Assembly: GCF_018350175.1 (NCBI RefSeq)
Contig: NC_058383.1
Coordinates: 24,244,001 to 24,308,000 of the forward strand
Reading direction: 5' to 3'
Length of the DNA: 64,000 bases
Origin: Felis catus
Taxonomy: Eukaryota
The position numbers were made by a program, and so were the translations under genes. The notes below the pieces were generated by a model, which did no database searches, was not told the origin of the DNA, and was given only the letters and a program-made list of their open reading frames with translations. Shown here piece by piece: positions 52,711 to 64,000 of this stretch (position 1 is its first letter; the number at the start of each line of letters is the position of its first letter).

Positions 52711-53879
52711 AGGGAGAGGGGGTGGCGGCCAGAAACTTCACTTGTATTGCTACTTTGGTTTGGAGAGTTTTAAAAATATACCTCTATATTTTGGGAAAAA
52801 ATGTAGTCTTACAGAAAAGTTGCAAAAATAATAGAGACAGTCCCATATACCATGCATTCTCAACAGAGGGTTATACAACTTCAATTAGACCATAGCACAC
52901 AGAGCAGATCTGTAGTATACCTGTAGTATTAAAATTTCATGAGAACACTTAGGGAGAAAGTAGCCAAAATGATTCTCTAGAAGGGCAATGATGAAAAAAA
53001 GATTGAGAAATATTGCTTACACACTGCACCCAGATTCCCAAATATCGTATCTTATACTATCATGGTAAATCTGTCATAACTAAGAAATTGACAATGGCAC
53101 AATACAATTTCTAATTTATACAAACTTTGGATTCACGAGTTTCTCACCAAAGTCATTTTTTTTCTGTTGCAGAACCCCCATCCAAGATACTACATTGTAT
53201 TTAGGTGCCATGTCTCCATAGTCTCCTTTGATCTATGAAACTTTATCATCCTTTCTTGTTTTTTAAAACCTTGAGAGTTTTCAAGAATACTGGGCATGTA
53301 TTTTGGAGAATTATCTACAATTTGGGTTTGAATAATGTTTTTTTACTAATAGACTAGAATTAAAAGTTTTAGAGAAAGATACCACAGAGGTAAAGTGGTC
53401 TCTTCATCAAATTGTATCAGGGAATATTTGCTATCAACATGACATCAAAGTACTCATAACATTATTTTAAATTCCTTGGCTACTAAATCCAATATCTAGC
53501 TTCTCAGTTCACTTATTTATAATGACTCTTTTTTTCTTTTAACTTTAGGTAACATTTTCCTGCTTCTTTGCATGTCCTATAATTTTGGATCTCATGCCAG
53601 AAATTGTGATTAAAGGAAGAGTGGACACTAAAGTGTAGAATCGTTTGTTCTGTTTTCTTAAAGATGCTAGCTCCTTCCTTTGTCATGCAGCTAGAGGAAG
53701 GAGCTGACCATTTAAATTCCAAGAGTTCAGCTGAGTTGGGCTGAACCTGGGCCTCAACTTAACTTACAGATTGCCTCCTATTCCTTGCCACTACAACCAG
53801 CAGTGCCAGGAACTCTCTATGGATCATTAAAAAGAGTTTCTTAGGGTTTCTACCCAGGAACATATTATTAATTTGGCTA

Positions 53880-54252
53880 CTACTATGGTGTGAATGTTCA
53901 CATCTCCCTAAATCCATATGTAGAAATCCTAACCCCTAAGGGTGATGGTATTAGAAGGTGGGATCTGTGAGATGTGTTTTAATCATGACAGTGCAGCCCT
54001 CATAAGTGGGATTAGTGCCTTATAAAAGAGGCTCCAGAGATCTCTTTAGTCCTTTCCACCAACTGAGGACATAGTGAGAAAGCACAAGTGAGAAACTTAG
54101 GAAGGGGGCCCCTCACCAGAACATGACCATGCTAGAGCCTTCATCTTGAACTTCACAGCCTCCAGAACTGTGAGCAAGAAATCTCTGTTGTTTATAAGCT
54201 GCCCAATATGTGGTATGTATTTTGTTACGGCAGCCTAAGTGAGCTAATACAG
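53880..54252. mobile_element. MaLR (MLT1/MST-type) solo LTR
   Basis: tatggtgtgaatgt..gaaatcctaacccc..gggattagtgccttataaaagagg..cagcctccagaactgtgag..gttacggcagcc. Confidence 0.82.
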
Positions 54253-55146
54253 CTGCCACTGCCAGACCGCTCCCCAGAAGGGCTGTATCAGCTTGTGTGG
54301 CCTCCCTTCTGCAGTGCATTTACATACCCCTGGCAACCCTTAGCATTATCCAACTAACCCTTATAAAATCATACCCCAGGCGAAGTTCATAATGCATGCA
54401 GTATGTATGATGGAAAAGACATAAGATTCCTTGTTAAATTTTATGATGGGAAAAAGTTTAAAATATTTATTAAAGAAAATAATAACAAAATAATAAAGAA
54501 AATAAAGAAATAAAGAAAATAATAACATGCAAAACAATCCCACCACCTAACAGAGTGAAAGTTTTCATATTTGGAAATTTGTCCCAGCTTTGTGCTGATA
54601 AATATGCAGTTTACACAGTTATCATTTCAAAATACAGTTCTGAACTCTGCTTTTTCAGAAGATTTAATGATGGCTATTTTTAATGACTGTACAATGTTCA
54701 GTAAAATTAAATTTTATACTTTTGTTATTCATTTACCATATTTAAGATGCAGGTTATTTCAAATTTTTATGAATTATGGTGAATGGGTTATAGCTTGTTT
54801 TTCTTGTTGGATAATTTCCTCAAGGTAAATGTGCATTATTGTTAATAAAAACAAAGCCCCACTTAAAGATGTTTTAATGGTAGTTTGTATATTTTAAATT
54901 AATAGAACTATATTAGAAACTGTTTAGCAACCCAACAGAGTAGCATACAGTTATAATGGATCAGACCGTGTCAGTACCCAGGAACATGTATGTTAAAGTC
55001 ATTAAAATCCAAATTTCACAAGTGAACCTACATGAAAAAATAAGTATATACAATGAGCAGGAAAAGATAAAAATACATTGTTCCAATATATAAAAGTTTT
55101 ATATAGGTTTTTGGACACTGAAAATTTTAAATAAAGAAATCACCAG

Positions 55147-55436
55147 TAGAATTTAAGAAACACAACAGATGAACATGGGGGAAGGGAAGGGAAAAAAGAT
55201 AAAAACAGAGAGGGAGGCAAACTATAAAAGACTCTTAAATGCAGAGAACAAACTGGGTTGCTGGAGGGAAGTAGATGGGGGGGATGGGTTAAATGGGTGA
55301 TGGGCATTAAGGAGGGCACCTTTAGGAATGACCACTGGGTGCCATATGTAAGAGAGGAATCACAAGATTCTACTCCTGAAACCAAGACTACACTGTATGT
55401 TAACTAATTTGAATTTAAATTAAAAAAAAAAAAAAG
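55147..55436 (+). mobile_element. Carnivore L1 3'UTR insertion, about 290 bp
   Basis: A tail and 13-bp TSD aagaaatcaccag (55134-55146 and 55437-55449). Confidence 0.9.
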
Positions 55437-55587
55437 AAGAAATCACCAGCACAGTAAGTTAAAAATTAACAATTTTCGTCACACGGTTAAAGAAATACAG
55501 GTATAAACATGTGATGCCTTAAGAGCCTTACTTATATGACTTATATGACTAGGATATAAAAATAAATACGATTAAAGATCTGCTTAC

Positions 55588-55735
55588 CAGGACTCCCCCC
55601 ATGGGAACTACGTTCACTTCTGGGTCCCAAAGAAGGAAAAGTTGGAAAGAGAACACCTGTTTCCCAGCCTTCTGTTCGGACAAAACCCATATACTTGTTC
55701 CTCTGAAAACTACTAAAACGCAGATAATATTTTAC
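55588..55735 (-). CDS. ABCA coding exon 4 (148 nt): [50 protein letters not shown]
   Basis: Hand translation; acceptor ccctgtag|, donor CTG|gtaagc; motifs VKYYLRF, W.T..LFP, GPR and GGSPG; phase 0 to 1. Confidence 0.93.
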
Positions 55736-57529
55736 CTACAGGGAACAAAAAGAAATGATACCTGTAAACAAAAGATAATTAAGGAAGAATGAGAAACAAA
55801 AGAAAGTTAAAGAAAAATCGCATGTGTGTGATTCTGAGGCAGACTGTTGAGCACTAAGTGGATTCCGAACGTTAGGCAGTGGAGCAGACTTGTCATATGG
55901 CTATTGTGGGTTTGCGGTAAACAAACACGGTGGCAACTTGCACACCAGTGCCAATGTCTTTTTCCCAAAATAGACAGCTGGCATGCATACTGAAATGAAA
56001 CACACCAAAAGATGCTGCTAATTTCTCTTCCCATTACATCAGCCAAGTGTTTTGAGAGGAAAATCCCTTCCTCCCCTAAAAGTGATTGTAACATAAGAAA
56101 GAATCCCACATGAGGACAGAGGAGAAATGTGATAAAATATAAATGTGGAATACTGCATAATTTCATTATTAAATGAAAAGATAATACTAATTCTAGAGAA
56201 CTAAATAAACCTCAAGGTAGAGCATGCTGGGTCTAAGTAGCTTTACAAGACAGAAAATGGTCCAGCAGTTGCCTAGAGTCAAGGGTCAGACCAGAGAAAT
56301 CAGTAACATCAGGAGGAGCAGGCCGATGTCATAAATCTAGGTAAATATTAATATACTCAGTTATCAAGCCGAGAGCTTCAGACACTTACTGCATGTTCAA
56401 GGACTAAGACATAGAACCTATTCCTCAAGGAGCTCAAATTCTAGTTGAGACGACATATAGATTTACTTTACAGCAAATTCAATGATAGTAACATGTAAGG
56501 AGCATTTATGGGAGTATGGAGGAGGACAGAAGTGGGTGTGGTTAGGGGAGACTGTACAACAAGTCACAGTAGCAATGTTAAAGGTAAGAGAGTGAGCCAA
56601 GTGGCAGGGACAGTGGGGAGATTGTCCAAGGAAAAACAGGTGAAGTTTGAAACTGTACCAAAAACACCCTAACCAGTCTGTATATACACTGATGAGCCTA
56701 CATCAGCACCAGCTCATACCAAATTAGTAACCTGAGGGAATTTTACATACATGAAAGGAGTGAAAGAGTGAGGGAATAGAATGAAAACATACCTCCAACT
56801 CTACTTACAACCCAGTGGTTTTCCTTACTTTTTCCTTCCATTGAGAACCAGCAGTTATCTTAAATGCAGAATTATAGCTCCATGCGTACATCTATACTAT
56901 ATTTTGATTATTTCCTTCAACACCAAGGACACCAAGTTCAAAGCACAGTCCTTGTCTCTCCTTCTTGGAGGTTGTTATCAGAATCTTCCTCAGAGTCTGC
57001 CTATGTCCTAATTCTGATTCCACTTGGCTAAACCTTGGCACTGTTTTCTAGATTTAGATTCTGGTGAAAAACTGTGAGAGTCAAACAAAAGAAAGAGGAA
57101 CATTTTCATGCTGTGTTCCATGCTGGTGAAGATGCAGCTGCTTTTAACCCCTCAGGTCTTTTGAGCTGGGAAATCTGCATTCACTTCAGCATCATGTACA
57201 GAGCTGGGAAAGAGCTGTATCAGATACAGTGGGAAAGGTAATATCCTTGGTGGTCAATGTCTCCTATGATTCTGATTTATAAGGAGAAAATCTAGTACAT
57301 GGTAAATTTAATTCTTTCCCCACCAACATAAAGCTCTGGCTAAATAAATGCACATACGCAGAAATTAGTTAGATTTGGATTTAAATCCCTGCTCAACTAT
57401 GTACAAGCAGTATGATCTTGGGTAAGTTGCAGTCCCCCCACTTAATAAATGAAATAATTATGCCTCTACTTCATTAAACCTCAGAAACTGGAAGCACACT
57501 TATGAAGTTTCTACATAAAACCTTCTTAC

Positions 57530-57657
57530 CTTAAGTGGTAGGGGATCATCACTATTTTGGAATTCATGGTCAAAAATAATAGCAACCAACACTTTTTCAG
57601 AGTTATTCTCTTGTTTAACATACTCTTCAAAATCTCGTTCTGAAGAAAAGCCTTGAA
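57530..57657 (-). CDS. ABCA coding exon 3 (128 nt): [14 protein letters not shown]...[18 protein letters not shown]; acceptor non-canonical
   Basis: Overlaps ORF 57500..57697; donor AAG|gtaaga. The homologous acceptor reads ttctacgg|, so the real start may be 57651. Confidence 0.85.
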
Positions 57658-57801
57658 CCGTAGAAAGAAAAATAAATCTAATGTGTGAGTTGCCCACATA
57701 CAGGCAAATGTATCTGAGTGCCTTTTCTATCTATAAGATGGAAAAATGCTTTACACGAATGAAAGATTATCAACATATAAATTTTAAAACACTGTTGCTC
57801 A

Positions 57802-58000
57802 GGGGTACCTGGATGGCTCAGTCGGTTAAGAGTCCAACCTCGGCTTAGGTCATGATCTCATGGTTTGTGAGTTCAAGCCCCGCATCGGGCTCTGTGCTGA
57901 CAGCTCAGAGCCTGGGGCCTACTTCAGATTCTGTGTCTCCTTCTTTCTCTCTCCCTCCCATACTTGTGCTGTCTCTCAAAAATAAGTAAATATATATTTT
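57802..58000 (+). mobile_element. CAN-SINE about 145 bp from the exon 3 acceptor
   Basis: Head and CT-rich body. Confidence 0.92.
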
Positions 58001-58955
58001 TTAAAGTAAATTTAAAACAGTGTTCAAACATCGGCACAACAAACTAATGGATATTAGGAGTGCATGAAAATCTTTAGGAGTTTTAAAAGTTTGACCACAA
58101 GTTTAAAGTATAATTAAAAAAATAAAGTATAATGAATCATTATAATAAATACATACTGAAATAAAGCAAGGAAGAGGGATACTTCCAAAGTGTGTTGAAA
58201 TTTTCATTTTAGAAGGAAATAACAAAATTGATCAATGAAATCTATTCAAAGTCGTGTACGATGAGAATCTCTAATATCTGAATAAAAACTACTTAGAAGT
58301 TGAAGAATGAAACAACTTCACAATTTTAATATTGGAGGTGATTATGTGTGATAATCATTATTTTTGGTAGTTTGGAAATGCCAAGTGTGCATACTTTTCT
58401 CAAGGTGGGCACAGCTGGAATATAAATTCCAAAGCTGGAAGCAGGATGTCAGGGACTGGAATCAGGTTTGCACCCACGCAAGGTGACCAGGAGCGGGACA
58501 AAACAAAATCCTCAGAGAGTTTAAATGATCAAAGCTGGAAAAACAAAGTCCACCAAATTAAACAAAACAAAATAAAACATAGGAACACAGCTGGAAATTT
58601 CAGAATATTATCCTGAAAGTACACTGTGGACAAGGTGAAGTGCATACAAACAGGTAGTCAGGTACACTTTGGGGCATGTAGCCTCTGCTTCTGCATCTGA
58701 ACTTAACCACTGTCATCATCTCACCTATGCATTCTTTACATCCCAGGGAACCTTCCATCTGTCTTAACCATGGAATGTTGTGGGAATAACCACAATTCTT
58801 TGTAACTGCCTGGCCAAGGTAGTAAGGGACTGAGGAGGGATCCACCAGTTTGTCAGTCTGTTTTCAATAATTTATCTGGGCTTCAAGGAAGGTGTTACCT
58901 GCTCAAGCAGGGGTATGTGAAAAGACTGAGAGAGATAAAGGGAGATAGTGAGAGA

Positions 58956-58979
58956 TTTTTTCTAAATGTTTATTTTATT

Positions 58980-59026
<47 letters not shown>

Positions 59027-59180
59027 AGGGGAGGGAGAGAGAGAGAGGCAGACACAGAATCCAAAGCAGGCTGCAGGCTCTGAGCTGTCAGCACAGAGCC
59101 CCACACTGGGCTCGAAATCACAAACCCCAAGATCAAGACCTGAGCCTCAGGAGTTAACTTCCTGAGCCACCCATGTGCCC
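58956..59180 (-). mobile_element. CAN-SINE with (GA)n
   Basis: TSD agtgagagattt. Confidence 0.9.
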
Positions 59181-59309
59181 TGAAAGTGAGAGATTTATGA
59201 GTGCTTAATGAGGCTAAAACATGTGTTTGTGTGGATTTCTCAAAAATAGAGCTGGAGGGAAATTTATTTATTATTTATTTATTTTCATTTATTATCTGGG
59301 GTGGCTTTA

Positions 59310-60090
59310 TTTTTTCCCCAGCTTTATTGAAGTACATGACACATAAAAGTTGTGTATTTAAGCTGTAAAACATGATAATGTGATATATGTATACACTGTG
59401 AAATGACTGTAACAATCAAGCTAATTAATATCTCCACCACAACACAGTTACCACTTACTTTATTTTAAAAATTTTCTGCCCAGAGTGATTTAGGTGTTAC
59501 TGACAAAATAAAAATGTATATATGTAGGTTGTATAATGTGATTTTAAGGTATAACATTATGTTTTAATATATGCATAAACTGTGAATTGATTACCAAAAT
59601 CAGGTTAATTAACTCATCTATCGCCTTTTGTAGTCACCATCCTCTTTTACGAGAAGAACACTGCAAGATCTACTTCCGGAATAAATTTTATATACACTAT
59701 ATAGTGTTATTGACTATAGTCACCATGTACATTAGATTTCCAGGACTTATTCATCTTCATAACTGAAAGTTCGTACACCCTGACCAAAATCTCCCCATTT
59801 TCCCCACCCACCTCCACTCCAGAAACCATGACTCTACTCTCTGTTTCTGTGAGCTCAGTATTTTTAGATAACACATATAAGTGAGATTATAAAGTATTTG
59901 TCTTTCTGTGTCTGGCTTTTTTCACTTAGCATAATGTTCTCCAAACATAATACATATTGTTACAAGACAGGATCTCCTTCTTTTTTTGTGATGGAACAAT
60001 CACGTTTTCCTTATGCACTGATCTGCTGATGGACAACACTATGGTTGCTTCTATACCTTGGTTGATTGTAAATAATGCTGCAATGAATAA
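59310..60090 (-). mobile_element. Old L1 3'UTR fragments (two tandem 3' ends)
   Basis: cagctttattgaagta..aacaatcaagctaattaa repeated in variant form at about 59490-59620; ttcacttagcataatg motif. Confidence 0.72.
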
Positions 60091-61975
60091 TTATGGACTT
60101 ACAAACCTTGAAAAAGGGAAATGCATAGGGTGAGTGCCATATCCACCCTGGTACTTTCCCTGAACGCATTTGCAGAAAATTGTAGACTTACTGAGCTGAA
60201 GAAAAGAGATGAGAGCTCAGGCTGCCAAAATGGCTGGAACTTGAGAGGTAAACTTGCAAAGAGAGGAGAAGAGCATAGAAGTGAAAATCAGCTTGTAAAT
60301 TCCTCTGAAGTCAGCAGCCAACTCCTGAACTGAGAATGTATAGGCTAAGACTCTTTGAAACCAAGGAGATAACAGCAGGTGGCAGGCTAAAATGCTGAGC
60401 AGGGATTTCATCAGGTACACAGTGCTGATGAAATAGAGGATATTAGCGTTCAAGCCCCACAAAGGTCGAGGAGCCTTCATAAATACTCCAGGCTTCCAGC
60501 TGACACCCTAGAAGAGCCATGCCCTAGAACACAGGATATGCTGCAAGAGTAAAGACAAAACTGAAACAGAGCCGCCCTTATGAAGCCTAAAACCAGACTT
60601 TGATGGAATCAAGTTACTCTGTCAGTACTCTAACAACCAACCAGAAGAAAAGTTAACCCTCAGGAGCCTCTGATGTTTTTTATCCACAACACCTGTCATT
60701 TTATAAAAATATACAAAATATGCTATAAAACAGAACTCAATGACTTAAAGAGAAAAAATATATACACAAGTAATCTAGATACCACAATTTTCCAGTTAAG
60801 GACTTTAAAAGTAACTATGGTTAATATAGTTAAAAAAGAGAGAACACTTCTCTGGTTACCTGAAATCTATTAAAAACAGGACAAGCGGAAATTCCAGAAC
60901 AGAGAAATATTTTTAGAAACAATTCAACAGAGAGATCACATGAGCTAATAGTTTCAAAACATATAAGTATAAAGAAATTTGAACATTGTATATAATGTTA
61001 AAGTAGATGTTTTATATCTATATATTTATATATAAAACACCTATTTCATACTAACAACACCGAGCTGGAAATGTAATACCTCTGTCAATAACTGACAGAA
61101 TAAGCAGACAAAAACCAGTAAGAATACATATTTGAAAAGCATTATGATTAACTAACTTGACAACTTCGCCTGGGTAGCATTTATAAAACACTACAAGCAA
61201 AACCCACAAAACACATGGTCTTTACAAATGTACAAGGTACATTTTTCAAAATACACCATAAACTGGGCAGAAACAATTCTCAAAATTTCAAAGAACTGAA
61301 ATCAAATATATTCTGATTCAAGGAAATTAAAATAGAAATGGAAAAAAAAAACGAGAAAGAGAACAACAAATTCCAAATGTTTTTAAGTAATACTTTTCTA
61401 AGAATCCCATGCATCAAAGATGAAATCAGAATGGAAATCAGGCAATATTCTGAGTAACCCAAAGTAGCTTCTAAGAGACTACGTTTATTGGGATATTTGT
61501 ATTATATACTTCAAAGCTTATTGGGGATTTTGCATTCTTCTGCTTCACTGATGTTTTAAATAAGATATGTTTTGAGATGGCATCTGGTCTCAAGTTCCCT
61601 CAAATCCCTTGAGAGTCAAAAAAAGGCTGAAAAAATATACTAGTGAATAAATGTATGTATGTAAAAGGAAGGGGCATTAGAGGTATGCTCACCAAACTTT
61701 TGACAGTGTTTCTTTCTGGGGAAAAGGAGAGAAATTGAGTTGAGAAGGCGGGGTAAGCTTACTGTGGGGCTTTTAAGATAATTCTATGTAGTTTAAGTCT
61801 TCTCTAAAGCATCTATATATGACTTGCACATTTTTATATGAACAATGTTTGAAATAACTGACCACAGAGCATGCATCCAGAATGAGGGCTCATGCTTATG
61901 CTGTGCCTGTGTGTACCTTTGGTGCACATCATATACCTCCAGGGTTATACTTACCAGGTTTAAGAAGCACAACCA

Positions 61976-62186
61976 GGGGCGCCTGGCTGGCGCAGTCGGT
62001 TAAGCGTCCGACTTCAGCCAGGTCACGATCTCGCGGTCCGTGAGTTCGAGCCCCACGTCAGGCTCTGGGCTGATGGCTCAAAGCTTGGAGCCTGTTTCCG
62101 ATTCTGTGTCTCCCTCTCTCTCTGCCCCTCCCCTGTTCATGCTCTGTCTCTCTCTGTCCCAAAAATAAAAAAATTAAAAAAAAAAA
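61976..62186 (+). mobile_element. Young CAN-SINE (SINEC_Fc-like)
   Basis: CpG-intact; 14-bp TSD aagaagcacaacca (61962-61975 and 62187-62200). Confidence 0.95.
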
Positions 62187-62497
62187 AAGAAGCACAACCA
62201 AAAACCAGGATGACTTAGTATCAAAGAATTGGATAATAATCCAAAATAATATAAATTGATCATCTAATTTTTAAATATTACTGTTTTGGGCTCTAGGAGA
62301 AAATATTTTTTTATGAATTTAACTCTCAAATTTAACAAAGTCTGTAATATTATATCTAGGAGGGTACTCTCTGGTTATGAGGATATATCCTATAATGCTT
62401 TAGCTGGGAGAACAATGCCTGGCTAAAAGATTACATATGTGTCTTTACTGAAACCCAGTTTAATAATACATTTTTTCAAAAAACTTTAATTTCTAAC

Positions 62498-62762
62498 CTG
62501 TGAAATTATAGTGTAAATCCCTCTTCACGTGGTCAACAATACTCTTCACCACAACACTTTTGGAAGGCACGAAAGCCAGTTCCCATGGACCAGGAAAAAT
62601 CATGGGCATTCCAAGAAATGCAGGTAACTTATCAATAGGCTGAAGAGAGTAATTGAAAGGCCCATACTTCTTTATAGTCAAAATCTTGCGTGTTAACAGA
62701 AGCGTACCAGCAAATAGTAACGTCAGGGTGAATTCTACAAATAACGCCATCAATCGCCGCCT
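62498..62762 (-). CDS. ABCA coding exon 2 (265 nt): RRRLMALFVEF...WELAFVPSKS...HYNFT; TM1 and start of extracellular domain 1
   Basis: Acceptor ctcctag|, donor CAG|gttaga; overlaps ORF 62493..62753; phase 0 in, phase 1 out. Confidence 0.93.
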
Positions 62763-63113
62763 CTAGGAGATGGAAAAAAAAAAAGATTATGTTAATTGTC
62801 CTGTAAGTCCATTACCTCTGCAAATGCCTAATTCTTTTTTATTAAAAGACACTTCTTAAAAGAAGATATATAGATGGCAAAGAAGAACTCTATAGTAACA
62901 ATAGTTTCCTGGACTATCTGTTTTCTCCATTCTCCATGTCATTCTGCTATCATTTCACTCTGTGAGGACTCTTCACATTTGGAAGAGATACCTCCAGCTG
63001 TAGGGCTGCGAAAAATTTAACAGTATAAATTGAAATGTAGTGATCAGGCTGTAAGAATTTTCACACTGTGGTCTCTTAGCTGTTGCAAAACTCCAATAGA
63101 TAGCTCAACTTAC

Positions 63114-63173
63114 CTTTAAAATAAAATTCTTCCACAGAAGAGCCATAAATTGGTAAACCCATGAGAAATCCAT
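63114..63173 (-). CDS. ABCA coding exon 1 (60 nt): MDFSWVYQFMALLWKNFILK
   Basis: ATG at 63173-63171, ABCA LLWKN motif, donor AAG|gtaagt. An upstream acceptor ctccttag| (exon start 63182) implies a further 5' UTR exon. Confidence 0.93.
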
Positions 63174-64000
63174 TCTTCAATTCTAAGGAGGGAGTAAAGA
63201 TTTTTACTTAGATTTGAATTGTTTAATGTTTTAATCAAACTCAAAGGAGGACAATAAGAAACAATAAGCACTTGAAATATTAGAGAAGCTGTTTACCCCT
63301 AAATCCCTACTCAGTATCTACCAGGTTTCTAATATGTATAAAACTTCAAGCACAAAACAAAGATCAGTATGTTATTGATGCAAGCTTCCAGGTAAATTTG
63401 ACCAGTACCTTTCCCAATGATTACTAAGAAACAATACAAGAGATAATAAATAATCACCATCAGCAAAAAGACAAAATGGTATGTGAAAATCACATCATAG
63501 CTATAAGCCCAAAATGCCACTCAACAAGTAGCAAGACTGAAAGTACTTCCATTAACAACATTGCTAATAGGAGAAGATTCATTTTTATATTTAATGAATA
63601 TTTGCTGAACATCTATTACGTGACATATTAAGTCACTTAGGTGTATAATGGGAAACATAACAAAGGTTTTTATTTGTTATTTTATTAATAGGTTATTAAT
63701 AACCCAGGATCTGAAATCAGACTTTCTAGGTTGGTTCTCAGCTCTACCACTATCTGTGTGATCTTGAACACTTGACTTAAATTCTTGGAGCTACCAGAGA
63801 GAGAGCTACAATTCAGGGCCAGGAAGGGGAGACATTATTTTAGGACCTCACCTTATAAATAAAGATGAATGTGAAAGAAACTGGCCAGGTCCTGTGCAGG
63901 GACTGCACAATTTCAAATAATTTTAATCCTTGATACCAGATGAAGGTATCCTATATTGCAAATGCCTGTGGTACCTAGAACAAAAAAAAAATAAATAAAT

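Larger units (their letters stand above)
17996..63173 (-). other. ABCA15: Partial multi-exon ABCA transporter gene (ABCA3-like clade, best guess ABCA15); first 10 coding exons, 528 codons; remainder expected downstream of position 1
   Basis: Ten phase-compatible exons splice into one frame with ABCA motifs [58 protein letters not shown] and YFEAEP..VAGIQIKHL. The family is secure; the paralog assignment is from recall of rodent Abca14/15/16 N-termini and is tentative. Confidence 0.65.

Noticed and set aside
8215..62186. tRNA-like A/B box sequences as tRNA genes
   Set aside because: They are the tRNA-derived heads of CAN-SINEs, followed by CT-rich bodies and A tails.
63329..63520. Hydrophobic 63-aa ORF upstream of the ABCA start, with a weak AAG|gtactg donor at 63409/63408
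   Set aside because: No recognisable ABCA motif, and T-rich sequence explains the hydrophobicity. It could be a 5' UTR exon, but the sequence alone cannot support that.
1..64000. CRISPR arrays, operons or another novel multi-gene system
   Set aside because: This is mammalian intronic DNA with no regularly spaced repeat-spacer array. The ABCA exons and known repeat classes explain the structure I can see.

Overview
This is carnivore genomic DNA, most likely from a cat-family species, judging by SINEC_Fc-type CAN-SINEs and feline-type L1 3' ends. It holds the first ten coding exons of a minus-strand ABCA-subfamily lipid transporter gene of the ABCA3/14/15/16/17 clade; from memory it is closest to ABCA15. 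The exons lie between 63173 and 17996. Spliced by hand they give 1584 nt (528 codons) with no stop or frameshift, covering the N-terminus, first extracellular domain, first transmembrane bundle and the linker before NBD1. Six of these exons are not called in frame by the ORF track. There are two splice anomalies: the exon 3 acceptor reads CGG instead of CAG, with an in-frame AAG rescue site 6 nt downstream, and the exon 6 donor is GC. The Walker A exon was not found in the remaining 18 kb. The rest is mostly transposable elements: two near full-length decayed L1s, two 5'-inverted (twin-primed) L1s, a four-level nested insertion, tiny L1 3'-end insertions with perfect TSDs, a solo LTR with a 6-bp TSD, MaLR and MER21-like LTRs, and 17 CAN-SINEs. 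Most ORF-track entries are repeat-derived. I found no evidence of a previously undescribed biological system. Repeat subfamily names are from recall, not a database search.
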